Source: Candidatus Krumholzibacteriota bacterium (lineage in GTDB: Bacteria > Krumholzibacteriota > Krumholzibacteriia > JACNKJ01). Taken from it: 64,000 nucleotides of DNA. Within the stretch, counting starts at the first letter, position 1. Every line of letters starts with the position of its first letter. The notes below the pieces were generated by a model, which did not search any database, was not told where the DNA came from, and was given only the letters and a program-made list of their open reading frames with translations. This document shows positions 39,043-48,639 of the stretch, in pieces. The position numbers and the translations under genes are program-made. The stretch is taken from NCBI GenBank assembly GCA_016933175.1, contig JAFGBK010000011.1:1254-65253 (forward strand). Direction: 5' to 3'.

Positions 39043-40680
39043 GTGGTGAGCAGCAGCGGGACCAAGTTCATCTTCGTCATGGGCGGCGTCGTATCCTCCC
39101 TGGGCAAGGGGATCGCCGCCTCCAGTCTCGGCCTCCTGCTCAAGCAGCGGGGGCTGCAGGTTTCCATGCTCAAGTTCGACCCCTACCTCAACGTGGATCC
39201 GGGCACCATGAGCCCCTTCCAGCACGGCGAGGTCTTCGTCACCGACGACGGGGCCGAGACCGACCTGGACCTCGGCCACTACGAGCGCTTCCTCGGCCGG
39301 AGCCTCGGTCGCGAGAACAACGTCACGGCGGGGCAGATCTACGACGCGATCCTCACCAAGGAGCGGCGCGGTGACTTCCTGGGCCGCACCGTGCAGGTGG
39401 TGCCCCACGTCACCAACGAGATCAAGGGCTGCGTCCTGCGCCTGGCCGACCGGGATCCCGACCTGGACGTGGTGATCACCGAGATCGGCGGCACCGTCGG
39501 CGACATCGAGAGCCTGCCCTTCCTGGAGGCCGTGCGGCAGGTCCTGTTCGATCTCGGCCGCGAGAACTGCCTGTACCTGCACCTGACCCTGGTGCCCTAC
39601 ATCGCCACCGCCCACGAGATCAAGACCAAGCCCACCCAGCACAGCGTCAAGACCCTGCGCGAGATCGGCATCCAGCCCGACATCCTCCTGTGCCGCACCA
39701 AGCTGCCCCTGAACCAGGACGTGAAGGAGAAGATCGGCCTGTTCTGCAACGTCTCCGCCCGCGACGTCATCGAGGCCCGCGACGCGGAGTCGATCTACGA
39801 GGTGCCCCTGCGCCTGGAAGCCGAGGGCCTGAGCCAGCGCGTGGCCGAGAAGCTCGGCCTCGGCGAGCGCGAGCCGGATCTCGAGGACTGGCGCCGCTTC
39901 GTCCGCGGCGTCCAGATGGCGACCCGCGAGGTCCGCATCGCCGTGGTGGGCAAGTACGTGGACCACCTCGACAGCTACAAGAGCATCATTGAGGCCTTCA
40001 CCCACGCCGGCGAGGCCAACGACGCGCGGGTGCGCGTCGAGTGGGTGGACAGCGAGAACCTGAACGAAGCGACCGCCGCCGAGAAGCTGACGGACATGGA
40101 CGGCATCCTCGTGCCCGGCGGCTTCGGCCACCGCGGCGTGGAGGGCAAGGTGGCCGCCATCCGCCTGGCCCGCGAGCGGGGGATTCCCTTCCTGGGCATC
40201 TGCCTGGGGCTGCAGGCGGCCATCATCGAGCTCGCGCGCGCCGTGGCCGGCCTGCCGGGCGCCGACAGCACGGAGTTCGAGCCCCAGAATCCGGCGCCGG
40301 TCATCTGCCTCATGGAGGAGCAGAAGGGCCTGCGGCAGATGGGCGGCACCATGCGCCTGGGCGCCTACCCCTGCCGCCTCGTGGCGGGCTCCCTGGCGCG
40401 CCGCTGCTATGACCGGGACGAGGTCTCCGAGCGACACCGCCACCGCTACGAGGTCAACAACGCCTATCGCGACAAGCTGGCGGCCGCGGGCATGCGCTTC
40501 TCGGGCCTGAGCCCCGACGGCCAGCTGGTGGAGATCATCGAGCTTCCCGACCACCCCTTCTTCATCGCCACCCAGTTCCACCCCGAGCTCAAGAGCCGGC
40601 CCCGCGCGCCCCACCCGCTCTTCCGCGCGCTGGTGGCGGCCGCCCTGACGAGGAGCCAGAGCAAGGTGGCCGTCTCGTGA
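39043..40680 (+). CDS. pyrG: CTP synthase
   Basis: [17 protein letters not shown] synthetase N-terminus; C-terminal GATase (GICLGLQ). Confidence 0.9.
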   Translation: MVSSSGTKFIFVMGGVVSSLGKGIAASSLGLLLKQRGLQVSMLKFDPYLNVDPGTMSPFQHGEVFVTDDGAETDLDLGHYERFLGRSLGRENNVTAGQIYDAILTKERRGDFLGRTVQVVPHVTNEIKGCVLRLADRDPDLDVVITEIGGTVGDIESLPFLEAVRQVLFDLGRENCLYLHLTLVPYIATAHEIKTKPTQHSVKTLREIGIQPDILLCRTKLPLNQDVKEKIGLFCNVSARDVIEARDAESIYEVPLRLEAEGLSQRVAEKLGLGEREPDLEDWRRFVRGVQMATREVRIAVVGKYVDHLDSYKSIIEAFTHAGEANDARVRVEWVDSENLNEATAAEKLTDMDGILVPGGFGHRGVEGKVAAIRLARERGIPFLGICLGLQAAIIELARAVAGLPGADSTEFEPQNPAPVICLMEEQKGLRQMGGTMRLGAYPCRLVAGSLARRCYDRDEVSERHRHRYEVNNAYRDKLAAAGMRFSGLSPDGQLVEIIELPDHPFFIATQFHPELKSRPRAPHPLFRALVAAALTRSQSKVAVS

Positions 40681-41507
40681 GGCGCTTCGCCGTCGGCGCC
40701 GCCGAGGTGGGGGCGGGCCGCCCCCTGCTGGTCGCGGGACCCTGCGTGGTGGAGGGTCGCGGCATGCTGGCCGACACGGCCGGCTTCCTCGCCGGGCTGG
40801 CGCGGGAGATCGGCTGGCCCCTGGTCTTCAAGGCGAGCTACCGCAAGGACAACCGCCTCTCGCCCGACAGCTTCAGCGGACTGGGCGACGAGAAGGCCCT
40901 GGCGCTTCTGGCCGACGCGGGCCGCGAGGCCGGCCTGCCCCTGCTCACCGACGTCCATCGCCCCGAGGAGGTGGCGGCGGCCGCGGCCGTGGTGGACTGC
41001 CTGCAGATCCCCGCCTTCCTCTGCCGGCAGACCTCCCTCCTGGCGGCGGCCGGCGCCGCCGGCCGCGCCGTGAACCTCAAGAAGGGGCAGTTCCTGGCCG
41101 CCGCGGACCTGGCCTTCTCGGCCGAGAAGCTGGCCCGCGCCGGCTGCGACCGCGTGCTGCTCACCGAGCGCGGCAGCAGCTGGGGCGAGCGCGACCTGGT
41201 GGTGGACTTCCGCTCCTTCCCCCGCCTGGCGGCCGCGGGGTGGCCGGTGCTCTTCGATCTGACGCACAGCCAGCAGCGGCCGGGGGCCGGCGGCGGCGCC
41301 TCCGGCGGCACGCGGGACTACGCGCGCGTCCTGGCCCGGGCGGCCCTGGCGGCCGGCGCCGACGGCCTCTTCCTGGAGGTCCATCCGGATCCGGCGCGCG
41401 CCAAGAGCGACAGCGCCACGCAGCTCGGCTTCGACGCGGCGGGCGCGCTGCTCCGCGAGCTGGCGCGCCTGCACGCGGCCATGGAGGCAGGCGATGCCCT
41501 TCCCTGA
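40677..41507 (+). CDS. kdsA: 3-deoxy-8-phosphooctulonate (KDO8P) synthase
   Basis: DAHP/KDO8P synthase family; [20 protein letters not shown]. Confidence 0.85.
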   Translation: MRRFAVGAAEVGAGRPLLVAGPCVVEGRGMLADTAGFLAGLAREIGWPLVFKASYRKDNRLSPDSFSGLGDEKALALLADAGREAGLPLLTDVHRPEEVAAAAAVVDCLQIPAFLCRQTSLLAAAGAAGRAVNLKKGQFLAAADLAFSAEKLARAGCDRVLLTERGSSWGERDLVVDFRSFPRLAAAGWPVLFDLTHSQQRPGAGGGASGGTRDYARVLARAALAAGADGLFLEVHPDPARAKSDSATQLGFDAAGALLRELARLHAAMEAGDALP

Positions 41508-42024
41508 TCTGGCGGCGCGGCTGGCCCAGGTGCGCCTCCTCGTCTTCGACGTGGACGGCGTGCTCACCGACGGCACCATCACCATCTCGGGCGCGCGGCG
41601 CTGGTCCGTCACCGACGGCTTCGGCTTCCTGCTGGCCCGGCGCGGCGGACTCAAGACCGCCCTGTGCAGCGGCCGGAACGATCCCGAGATCGAGGCGCGC
41701 GCCGAGCGCCTGCGCATCGACGCCCTGCGCCTGGGGCGCATGGACAAGGGCGCCGGCGTGACGGAGCTGGCCGCGGAGCTGGGCGTGACGCCGGCCGAGA
41801 CCCTCTTCGTCGGCGACGACCTGTTCGACCTGCCGGGCCTGGCCGCCGCCGGCGTGGCCGCCGTGCCCGCCGACGCCCGGCCCGAGCTGCGCCGGCGCGC
41901 GGACTGGGTCCTGTCTGCGCCCGGCGGACGGGGCGCCGCCCGGGAGGTCATCGAGGCCGTGCTCCGCGCGCGGGGCGACTGGGAGCGGGTCCTGGCCGAG
42001 TTCACGGGAGGCGGCGATGACTGA
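41494..42024 (+). CDS. kdsC: KDO 8-phosphate phosphatase (HAD superfamily)
   Basis: LLVFDVDGVLTDG HAD motif I; KdsC-size (176 aa). Confidence 0.8.
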   Translation: MPFPDLAARLAQVRLLVFDVDGVLTDGTITISGARRWSVTDGFGFLLARRGGLKTALCSGRNDPEIEARAERLRIDALRLGRMDKGAGVTELAAELGVTPAETLFVGDDLFDLPGLAAAGVAAVPADARPELRRRADWVLSAPGGRGAAREVIEAVLRARGDWERVLAEFTGGGDD

Positions 42025-43015
42025 GGATTCCCGGCAGGAGGACCTGGCGCGCGGGCGCGAGGTCTTCGCGCGGGCGCAGGAGGCCCTGGCCGCCGTCGCG
42101 GCGCGCCTGGACGAGGACTTCGCCCGCGTGGTGGCGCTCCTGGCCGGCTGCGAGGGCCGCGTGGTGGTCACCGGCCTGGGCAAGTCGGGCCACGTGGCCG
42201 CCAAGCTCGCCAGCACCCTCAACTCGACGGGCACGCCGGCGGCCTTCCTCCACGCCGCCGAGGCCACCCACGGCGACCTGGGCTTCATCCGCGGCGAGGA
42301 TGTCTGCATCATCGTCTCCAAGAGCGGCGCCGGCGAGGAGCTGCGCGCCTGGATCCCCTTCCTGCACGGGCGCGGCTGCCCGGTGGTGGCCATCACCGGC
42401 GCCGGCGACTCCTACCTGGCGCGGGAGGCGGACTACGTGATGGACGCCGCCGTGCCCACCGAGGCCTGCCCCTACAACCTGGCGCCCACGGCCAGCAGCA
42501 CCGCCGCCATGGTGCTGGGGGACGCCCTGGCCATCGCCCTCCTGGAGCGGCGCGGATTCGGCCCCGAGGAGTTCCTGCGCTCCCACCCGGGCGGCGTCCT
42601 GGGGCGGCGGCTCACCCTCCGGGTGGAGGACCTCATGCACCGCGGCGACGAGCTGCCCTGGGTGACGCCCGGCGCCAGCCTGCGCGACACCCTGATGGTC
42701 ATCATCCGCCGCGGCCTGGGCATGGCCTGCGTCATGCCGGAACCCGGCGGGCCTCTCCTGGGCGTGCTCACCGACGGCGACCTCAAGCGCCTGCTCGTGG
42801 ACGGCGAGGGCGACGGGCTCATGGACCGGCCCGCGGGGGATCTCGCCTCCCCGGATCCACGCACGGTGCGTGCCGGCACCCTGGCCACCGACGCCCTGAC
42901 CATGATGGAGGCGAACCAGCCCGGGCCCATCACCAGCCTGGTGGTGGTGGACGCGGCGGGCGCCGTGCTCGGTGTGGTGCACATTCATGACATCCTGCGC
43001 GCCGGGCTCAGCTAA
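42017..43015 (+). CDS. kdsD: Arabinose-5-phosphate isomerase (SIS + tandem CBS)
   Basis: SIS VVVTGLGKSGHVAAKLASTL; C-terminal CBS pair. Confidence 0.85.
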   Translation: MTEDSRQEDLARGREVFARAQEALAAVAARLDEDFARVVALLAGCEGRVVVTGLGKSGHVAAKLASTLNSTGTPAAFLHAAEATHGDLGFIRGEDVCIIVSKSGAGEELRAWIPFLHGRGCPVVAITGAGDSYLAREADYVMDAAVPTEACPYNLAPTASSTAAMVLGDALAIALLERRGFGPEEFLRSHPGGVLGRRLTLRVEDLMHRGDELPWVTPGASLRDTLMVIIRRGLGMACVMPEPGGPLLGVLTDGDLKRLLVDGEGDGLMDRPAGDLASPDPRTVRAGTLATDALTMMEANQPGPITSLVVVDAAGAVLGVVHIHDILRAGLS

Positions 43016-43117
43016 TCGAATTCATGACAACGGATTGAGACCTTCCACTTCACGCCGGGCCCATGCCCCGCCGCGCCTCGGCGCTCACGTAACTTTCTCA
43101 TCATATCTCATCGTTCC

Positions 43118-43161
43118 TGGCATAAGCATTGCTTGACAACACCTTCCCACCTCCCTATCAT
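43118..43161 (+). promoter_or_regulatory. Overlapping candidate sigma54 (-24/-12: TGGCAT-N5-TTGCT) and sigma70 (TTGACA-N17-TATCAT) promoters upstream of lptC-lptB-rpoN
   Basis: TGGCAT 43118-43123, TTGCT 43129-43133; TTGACA 43133-43138, 17-nt spacer, TATCAT 43156-43161; in an AT-richer 200-bp gap. Confidence 0.45.
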
Positions 43162-43220
43162 CCCAGCGAACGAGCGAAGCTCTCACTGTAACTCAATGAA
43201 GTTCAAAGGAATACGCTGAT

Positions 43221-43808
43221 TTGCACCCGGACCGCCGCCACTCGCCGCCACGCTGGGCCAGGATGGGACCGGTCCTCCTCGTCCTGCTCGCTGGGGCCTG
43301 CTCCAAGGAGGCCGTACCGCCGGTGCTCGAGGAGCCCGGGGAGGCACCGGACCAGATCATCTGGGATTTCACGACGACGGAATCGGACTCGGGGCGCCTG
43401 ATCTGGGTTCTGAAGGCGCAGCAGGCCCGCGTCTTCAACACGCGCAAGGAGGTGGAGGCGACGGCCCTTCGTGTCGATATGTATGGGGAGCAGCGCACCA
43501 TCACCTCCACCCTCACGGCAGACTCGGGCGTCATCGACCAGAGGACCGGCGCCATGACCGTCAGCGGGCGCGTGCACGTGCGCAGCCACGAGGGCTACGA
43601 GCTGTTCACCAGCGTGCTGCACTGGGACAAGCGGCGCGAGATCTTCCGCACGGAGGCCTTCGTCGAGGTGCACCACGGCGACAACCTCTACACGGGCTAC
43701 GAGATGGAATGCGATCGCAACCTCGACCACCTGAGCATCCAGCGGGAACCGCGCGGCGTCATCGTCGGCTCGCCGGTCCTGGACGACGAGGAGGCCGACC
43801 GTGACTGA
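43221..43808 (+). CDS. lptC: LPS export protein LptC-like (lipoprotein form)
   Basis: LptC/OstA-like beta-jellyroll; lipobox LLAGACS (alternative start at 43263 MGPVLL); position between kdsD and lptB. Confidence 0.65.
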   Translation: MHPDRRHSPPRWARMGPVLLVLLAGACSKEAVPPVLEEPGEAPDQIIWDFTTTESDSGRLIWVLKAQQARVFNTRKEVEATALRVDMYGEQRTITSTLTADSGVIDQRTGAMTVSGRVHVRSHEGYELFTSVLHWDKRREIFRTEAFVEVHHGDNLYTGYEMECDRNLDHLSIQREPRGVIVGSPVLDDEEADRD

Positions 43809-44541
43809 CGGGCGCCGGGACGCCGTGCTGCGGGGCAAGGGCCTCGTGAAGAGCTACGGCCGCCGCCGCGTGGTGGACGACGTGACCCTCACCCTGCGCC
43901 AAGGGGAAGTGGTGGGCCTGCTGGGACCCAACGGCGCCGGCAAGACCACCACCTTCTACATGATCGTCGGGATGATCCGGCCGGACGCCGGCTCCGTCCA
44001 CGTGGACGACACGCCGATCCACCACATGCCCATGTACCGGCGCGCCCGGCTGGGCATCGGCTACCTGAGCCAGGAGGCCTCGGTCTTCCGCAAGCTGAGC
44101 GTGGAGGACAACCTGATGGCCATCCTGGAGACCCTGCCGATCCCGCCGGAGGAGCGCCTGCGGCGGCGAGAGAACCTGCTGGCCGAGCTGGGCATCGAGC
44201 ACGTCCGCAAGAACCAGGGCCACCAGCTCAGCGGCGGCGAGCGCCGGCGCGTGGAGATCGCGCGCGCGCTGACCAGCAAGCCGCGCTTCATCCTGCTGGA
44301 CGAGCCCTTCGCCGGCATCGACCCCATCGCGGTCGGCGACGTGCAGGCCATCATCGGCCAGCTGAAGGAGATGGGGCTGGGCATCCTGATCACGGACCAC
44401 AACGTGCGGGAGACGCTCAGCATCACGGACCGCAGCTACATCCTCTTCGAGGGACGCATCATTCGCGCCGGCACGGCGGAGGAACTGGTCCGCGACGAGA
44501 GGGCGAGACAGGTCTACCTGGGCGAAAGCTTCAACTTGTGA
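43801..44541 (+). CDS. lptB: LPS export ABC transporter ATP-binding protein
   Basis: Walker [25 protein letters not shown], Walker B ILLDEP. Confidence 0.9.
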   Translation: MTDGRRDAVLRGKGLVKSYGRRRVVDDVTLTLRQGEVVGLLGPNGAGKTTTFYMIVGMIRPDAGSVHVDDTPIHHMPMYRRARLGIGYLSQEASVFRKLSVEDNLMAILETLPIPPEERLRRRENLLAELGIEHVRKNQGHQLSGGERRRVEIARALTSKPRFILLDEPFAGIDPIAVGDVQAIIGQLKEMGLGILITDHNVRETLSITDRSYILFEGRIIRAGTAEELVRDERARQVYLGESFNL

Positions 44542-44557
44542 GCGCGAGAGTCTTGCC

Positions 44558-45940
44558 ATGGAAATGAAGATGAACCTGCAGCTGCGCCAGCGTCAGCAGC
44601 TCGTGATGACGCCGCGGCTGCAGCAGGCCCTGAAGCTGCTGCAGCTGCCAACGCTGGAGCTGGAGCAGGTCCTCAAGAACGAGGTCCAGGCCAACCCCCT
44701 CCTGGAGATCGAGGAAGACGACGACGACGAGCAGGACCGCGCGCAGCGGGAGCACGCGGACGAGCCCCAGGCGGGCAACCTCGACAACTGGGAAGACATC
44801 TTCAACGACGGCTTCGACATGCAGTACCAGGAGAAGGAGGATCTGTCCGAGGACTTCGTGGAGCGCGTGCCCGTGCACCGCCAGTCGGCCGGGGACAAGC
44901 TCCAGCGCCAGCTCCGCATGGTCACCAGCGACGCCGAGCTGCTGCGCATCGGCGAGTACATCATCGGCAGCCTCGACGACCGCGGCTTTCTCACGGTGGG
45001 GCTCGACGAGATCCGGAACGTCTTCCACATCGGCGAGAGCCGCGCCCGCGAGGCGCTGATCCTGGTGCAGAGCCTGGAGCCGCCGGGGATCGCCGCCCGC
45101 GACCTGCCCGAGTGCCTGCTGCTGCAGCTGGCGGCGCGGGGCATGGCCGACAGCCTCGTGGCGCGCATCATCCGCGACCACTTCAAGGAGCTGATGCAGC
45201 GCAAGTACCAGGAGATCGCCCGCAAGCTGAAGCTGGGGGTGGAGGAGGTGCAGGAGGCGGCGCGCTACATCGGCGAGCTGGATCCCAAGCCAGGCCTCGA
45301 GCTCAGCAGCGAGGAGCCCCACTACATCATCCCCGACCTGGTGGTCGAGGAGGTGGACGGCGAGTACGTCATCTACCTCAACGACCGCCACCTGCCGCGG
45401 CTGCGCATCGCCGACAGCTACAAGGACTACCTGCGCAAGGCCAGCAAGGACACCAAGGACTACGTCCAGGGCAAGCTGAACCAGGCGCAGTGGCTGATCC
45501 GCACGGTGGAGCAGCGCCGGGCGACCATGGTGAAGGTCATGGCCGCCATCATCGAGGAGCAGAGCGACTTCTTCGAGAGGGGCCCGCAGGCGCTCCGCCC
45601 CCTGACCCTGCAGCAGGTGGCCAGCAAGATCGGCATGCACGAGAGCACGGTCAGCCGCGTCACCAACAACAAGACCGTGCAGACGCCCCGCGGCATCTTC
45701 CAGCTCAAGTACTTCTTCTCCAGCTCCCTCAGCACCGAGGACGGGGAGGAGGTCAGCGCCAAGGCGGCCAAGAGCCGCATCCAGGAGATCGTTTCCAAGG
45801 AGGAGAAGAAGCGGCCCCTCAGCGACCAGAAGATCGCCGACATCCTGCGCCAGGAGGGACTGATGATCGCCCGCCGCACCGTGGCCAAGTACCGCGAGCA
45901 GCTGGGCATCCTGCCGGCGCGCCTGCGCAAGGAGTTTTAG
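44558..45940 (+). CDS. rpoN: RNA polymerase sigma-54 factor (true start may be the MNLQLRQ Met at 44570)
   Basis: N-terminal LQLRQRQQLVMTPRLQQALKLLQLP; C-terminal RpoN box ARRTVAKYRE. Confidence 0.9.
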   Translation: MEMKMNLQLRQRQQLVMTPRLQQALKLLQLPTLELEQVLKNEVQANPLLEIEEDDDDEQDRAQREHADEPQAGNLDNWEDIFNDGFDMQYQEKEDLSEDFVERVPVHRQSAGDKLQRQLRMVTSDAELLRIGEYIIGSLDDRGFLTVGLDEIRNVFHIGESRAREALILVQSLEPPGIAARDLPECLLLQLAARGMADSLVARIIRDHFKELMQRKYQEIARKLKLGVEEVQEAARYIGELDPKPGLELSSEEPHYIIPDLVVEEVDGEYVIYLNDRHLPRLRIADSYKDYLRKASKDTKDYVQGKLNQAQWLIRTVEQRRATMVKVMAAIIEEQSDFFERGPQALRPLTLQQVASKIGMHESTVSRVTNNKTVQTPRGIFQLKYFFSSSLSTEDGEEVSAKAAKSRIQEIVSKEEKKRPLSDQKIADILRQEGLMIARRTVAKYREQLGILPARLRKEF

Positions 45941-46083
45941 GGCGTGCTGGGCCTTGCCGCCCCGGGAGCCCGCAGCTATGCTTGGTGCGGAGCCTGGCCG
46001 CCCGACCGACGCGCCCGGAGGCTGGATGAGCCGTCGCCCCGCCATCGCGTTCCCCGGAAAACCAGACGACCGATCGCGCCCGT

Positions 46084-46108
46084 CCCCCGCCCGGGGGCGG
46101 GCCCTTTT
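46084..46108 (+). terminator. GC-rich hairpin (CCCGCCC/GGGCGGG) + TTTT between rpoN and hpf; candidate terminator/attenuator
   Basis: Direct reading; 25 nt upstream of hpf RBS. Confidence 0.4.
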
Positions 46109-46133
46109 GCGTGAAGTGAAAGGAGACTCGAGG

Positions 46134-46700
46134 ATGCAGATCACGGTCACCGGCAAGAAGCTAGACCTGACACCGGCCATTCGCAGCTACGCCGAGGAGA
46201 AGATCGGCAGGCTGGACAAGTTCGTGGACGGAGTCCGCGAGGCCCACGTCCTGCTGCGGGTGGAGAAGCATCGTCACATTGCCGAGGCCACGTTGAGGGG
46301 GAAGAGCGCCGACTTCTCGGGCAAGGAGCACAGCGAGGATCTCTATGCCGCCATCGACCGCCTCGCCGACAAGCTCGAGAGCCAGATGCGCAAGTTCAAG
46401 ACGCGCACCCTCAACCGCCGCAAGGGCGGCAAGCCGGGCGCCCGCACCAGCACCGCGGACTTCAGCACCGGCACCATCACCATCCTGGGCGAGGTCGAGG
46501 TCGGCGAGGAGGAGGCGCCGCGCCCGGTTATCGAGGAGAAGTTCATCACGCTCGACCAGCTGACGGTCGAGGAGGCCATCAGCCGCATGGAGGTGCACGA
46601 CAGCCACTTCTGGGTCTACAGCGACGCGGCGGAGGGCCGGATGTGCGTCGTCTACCGCCGCAGCGACGGCCACTACGGCCTCATCCAGGCCGAGGCCTAG
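46134..46700 (+). CDS. hpf: Ribosome hibernation promoting factor (long form)
   Basis: AAAGGAG RBS; MQITVTGKKLDLTPAIRSYAEEKIGRLDKF; C-terminal dimerisation domain. Confidence 0.85.
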   Translation: MQITVTGKKLDLTPAIRSYAEEKIGRLDKFVDGVREAHVLLRVEKHRHIAEATLRGKSADFSGKEHSEDLYAAIDRLADKLESQMRKFKTRTLNRRKGGKPGARTSTADFSTGTITILGEVEVGEEEAPRPVIEEKFITLDQLTVEEAISRMEVHDSHFWVYSDAAEGRMCVVYRRSDGHYGLIQAEA

Positions 46701-46709
46701 GGGGCGGCC

Positions 46710-47693
46710 GTGGAGATCGTCGAGCGGAACCTGCCCGTGGCGCGCTTCGTGGCCGAGACGGCCGAGCTGCTCGGCCTGCGGCTCGTCGGCGTCAGCCCCG
46801 AGTCGGGCACGGACATCACGGTGCCGGAGGTCTCGCGCCCGGGCTTCGTGCTGACGGGCTTCACGGACAAGTACCAGCACGAGCGGATCCAGATCCTCGG
46901 CGGGGCGGAGTTCTCCTTCCTGGAGACTCTGCCCCGCGACGAGGTGGCCGGGGCCATCGCCCACCTCTTTTCCCGGCCCGTGCCCTGCTTCATCGTCACC
47001 CGCGGCCAGGAGCCCTTTCCGGAACTGGTGCAGCAGGCCCACGAGCACGGCGTGCCCCTGCTGGTCACCGAGCAGCACACGACGCGCTTCATCCGGGCCC
47101 TGACGGGCTACCTCGAGGACTTCTTCTCGCCGCGGGGCAACGTCCACGGCTCGCTGGTGGACGTCTACGGCGTCGGACTCCTCGTCACCGGGCCCAGCGG
47201 CATCGGCAAGAGCGAGATCACCCTGGATCTGGTCGAGCGAGGCCACCGCCTCGTGGCCGACGACGTCGTCCAGCTCATCCGGCGCGGCGGCGTGCTCATC
47301 GGCCGCGGCAACGAGTTCCTCAAGCACTTCATGGAGATCCGCGGCGTCGGCGTCATCGACGTGCGCGAGATGTTCGGCATCCGCGCCATCCGCGTGCAGA
47401 AGCGCGTGGAGGTGGAGGTGCGCCTCGAGCGCTGGGTCCAGGGCAAGCACTACGACCGGGCCGGCCTCGAGTACCAGACCAGCCCCATCCTCGGCGTGGA
47501 GATCCCCAACGTGGTGCTGCCGGTGACCCCGGGCAAGAACGTCACCGTCATCGCCGAGACCATCGCCATGAACCACATGCTCAAGGTCTACGGGCTCAGT
47601 CCCGCCGAGCGCTTCAACCGCCAAGTCATGGAGGGCCTGGCCCGCCGCAACGAGGCCCGCGTCTATCACTACCTGCAGCAGGACGAGGAGTGA
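46710..47693 (+). CDS. hprK: HPr kinase/phosphorylase
   Basis: P-loop GPSGIGKSE, HprK C-terminal domain. Confidence 0.85.
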   Translation: MEIVERNLPVARFVAETAELLGLRLVGVSPESGTDITVPEVSRPGFVLTGFTDKYQHERIQILGGAEFSFLETLPRDEVAGAIAHLFSRPVPCFIVTRGQEPFPELVQQAHEHGVPLLVTEQHTTRFIRALTGYLEDFFSPRGNVHGSLVDVYGVGLLVTGPSGIGKSEITLDLVERGHRLVADDVVQLIRRGGVLIGRGNEFLKHFMEIRGVGVIDVREMFGIRAIRVQKRVEVEVRLERWVQGKHYDRAGLEYQTSPILGVEIPNVVLPVTPGKNVTVIAETIAMNHMLKVYGLSPAERFNRQVMEGLARRNEARVYHYLQQDEE

Positions 47694-47766
47694 GCCTGGG
47701 CTTGACTTCTCGCCGGGCAGACCGGACAATCCCCGCGTTCACGACTCCAGGCACACGGAGAGGACC

Positions 47767-48156
47767 ATGATCCCGGCCGTCATCGTCTGTCACGGCGCCC
47801 TCGGCGAAGCCTACCTGGAGGCGCTGGCGGGCATCTACGGCGAGGTCACGGACGTCGCGACCGTCACCAACGAGGACCTCGGGGCCGAGGAGCTGGAGTC
47901 GGCGGTGGCCGCGTCCCTCGAGCGCCTGGCGGGCGGCGGCATCGTCTTCACCGATTACTTCGGCGGCAGCTGCGCCAACGCCTGCCTGACTCTCCTGCCC
48001 GCGCGGCCGGCGGTGCGCCTGATCAGCGGCGTCAATCTTCCCGTGCTGCTCTACTACCTGGCCCACCGGCACGAGCTGGGCATGGACGAGCTGGTCCGGG
48101 GCATCGTCAACCGGGGTCACAACTCCATCCGGGAGCTGAGCCCGCCCGTCCTCTGA
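47767..48156 (+). CDS. PTS EIIA component, mannose/fructose/sorbose family
   Basis: VIVCHGALGEA (phospho-His region), GVNLPVLL; EIIA-Man fold size. Confidence 0.7.
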   Translation: MIPAVIVCHGALGEAYLEALAGIYGEVTDVATVTNEDLGAEELESAVAASLERLAGGGIVFTDYFGGSCANACLTLLPARPAVRLISGVNLPVLLYYLAHRHELGMDELVRGIVNRGHNSIRELSPPVL

Positions 48157-48169
48157 GGGCAGGGAGGCC

Positions 48170-48607
48170 GTGGATCTCCACCTGGATGATCGCCTGCTGC
48201 ACGGCCGCATCCTCCATGGCTGGGGACGGAGGCTTGGCGCCCGGCGCTATGTGCTGGTCATCCCGGCGGCCGGCGATCCCGCCCGCCGCGCCGTCTACGC
48301 GGCCGTGGCGCGCGAGGCCGGCGCCGAGCTGGTCCTCGCCGCGGCCGACGCGGCGCCGGCGCCCCGGGCCGGCGACTTCTGGCTGGCCGATGGGCCCGCC
48401 GCGGCCCTGGCGCTGTGGCGGGCCGGGCGGCGCTACCGGCGGCTGATCCTCATCGGGCTGCGCCGGTCCGCGGGGCGCCGCCTCGGACCCGATATCACGG
48501 CCGACGAGGCCGACCTGGACGCCCTGCGCGCCCTGCAGGCCGCGGGCGTGGGCTGTGAACGGCGGCGCTTTCCGGACGAGGCCGGGGAGCCGCTGCCGCC
48601 CCTCTGA
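48170..48607 (+). CDS. PTS EIIB component, mannose/sorbose family (divergent)
   Basis: GTG start; N-terminal LDDRLLHGRILHGW matches EIIB-Man RIDDRLIHGQV phospho-His motif. Confidence 0.55.
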   Translation: MDLHLDDRLLHGRILHGWGRRLGARRYVLVIPAAGDPARRAVYAAVAREAGAELVLAAADAAPAPRAGDFWLADGPAAALALWRAGRRYRRLILIGLRRSAGRRLGPDITADEADLDALRALQAAGVGCERRRFPDEAGEPLPPL

Positions 48608-48639
48608 ACCGGTCCGCCGGGCCGCGCGCGGGAGAACGC

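Noticed and set aside
35881-48210. 35881..37578 -, 37934..39022 -, 39019..40614 -, 40464..42005 -, 41161..42396 -, 42002..42988 -, 43203..43838 -, 43759..44559 -, 44531..46180 -, 46161..47729 -, 47626..48210 -
   Set aside because: All are antisense to well-supported genes (rng, kdsB, pyrG, kdsA/C/D, lptC, lptB, rpoN, hpf/hprK, EIIA).
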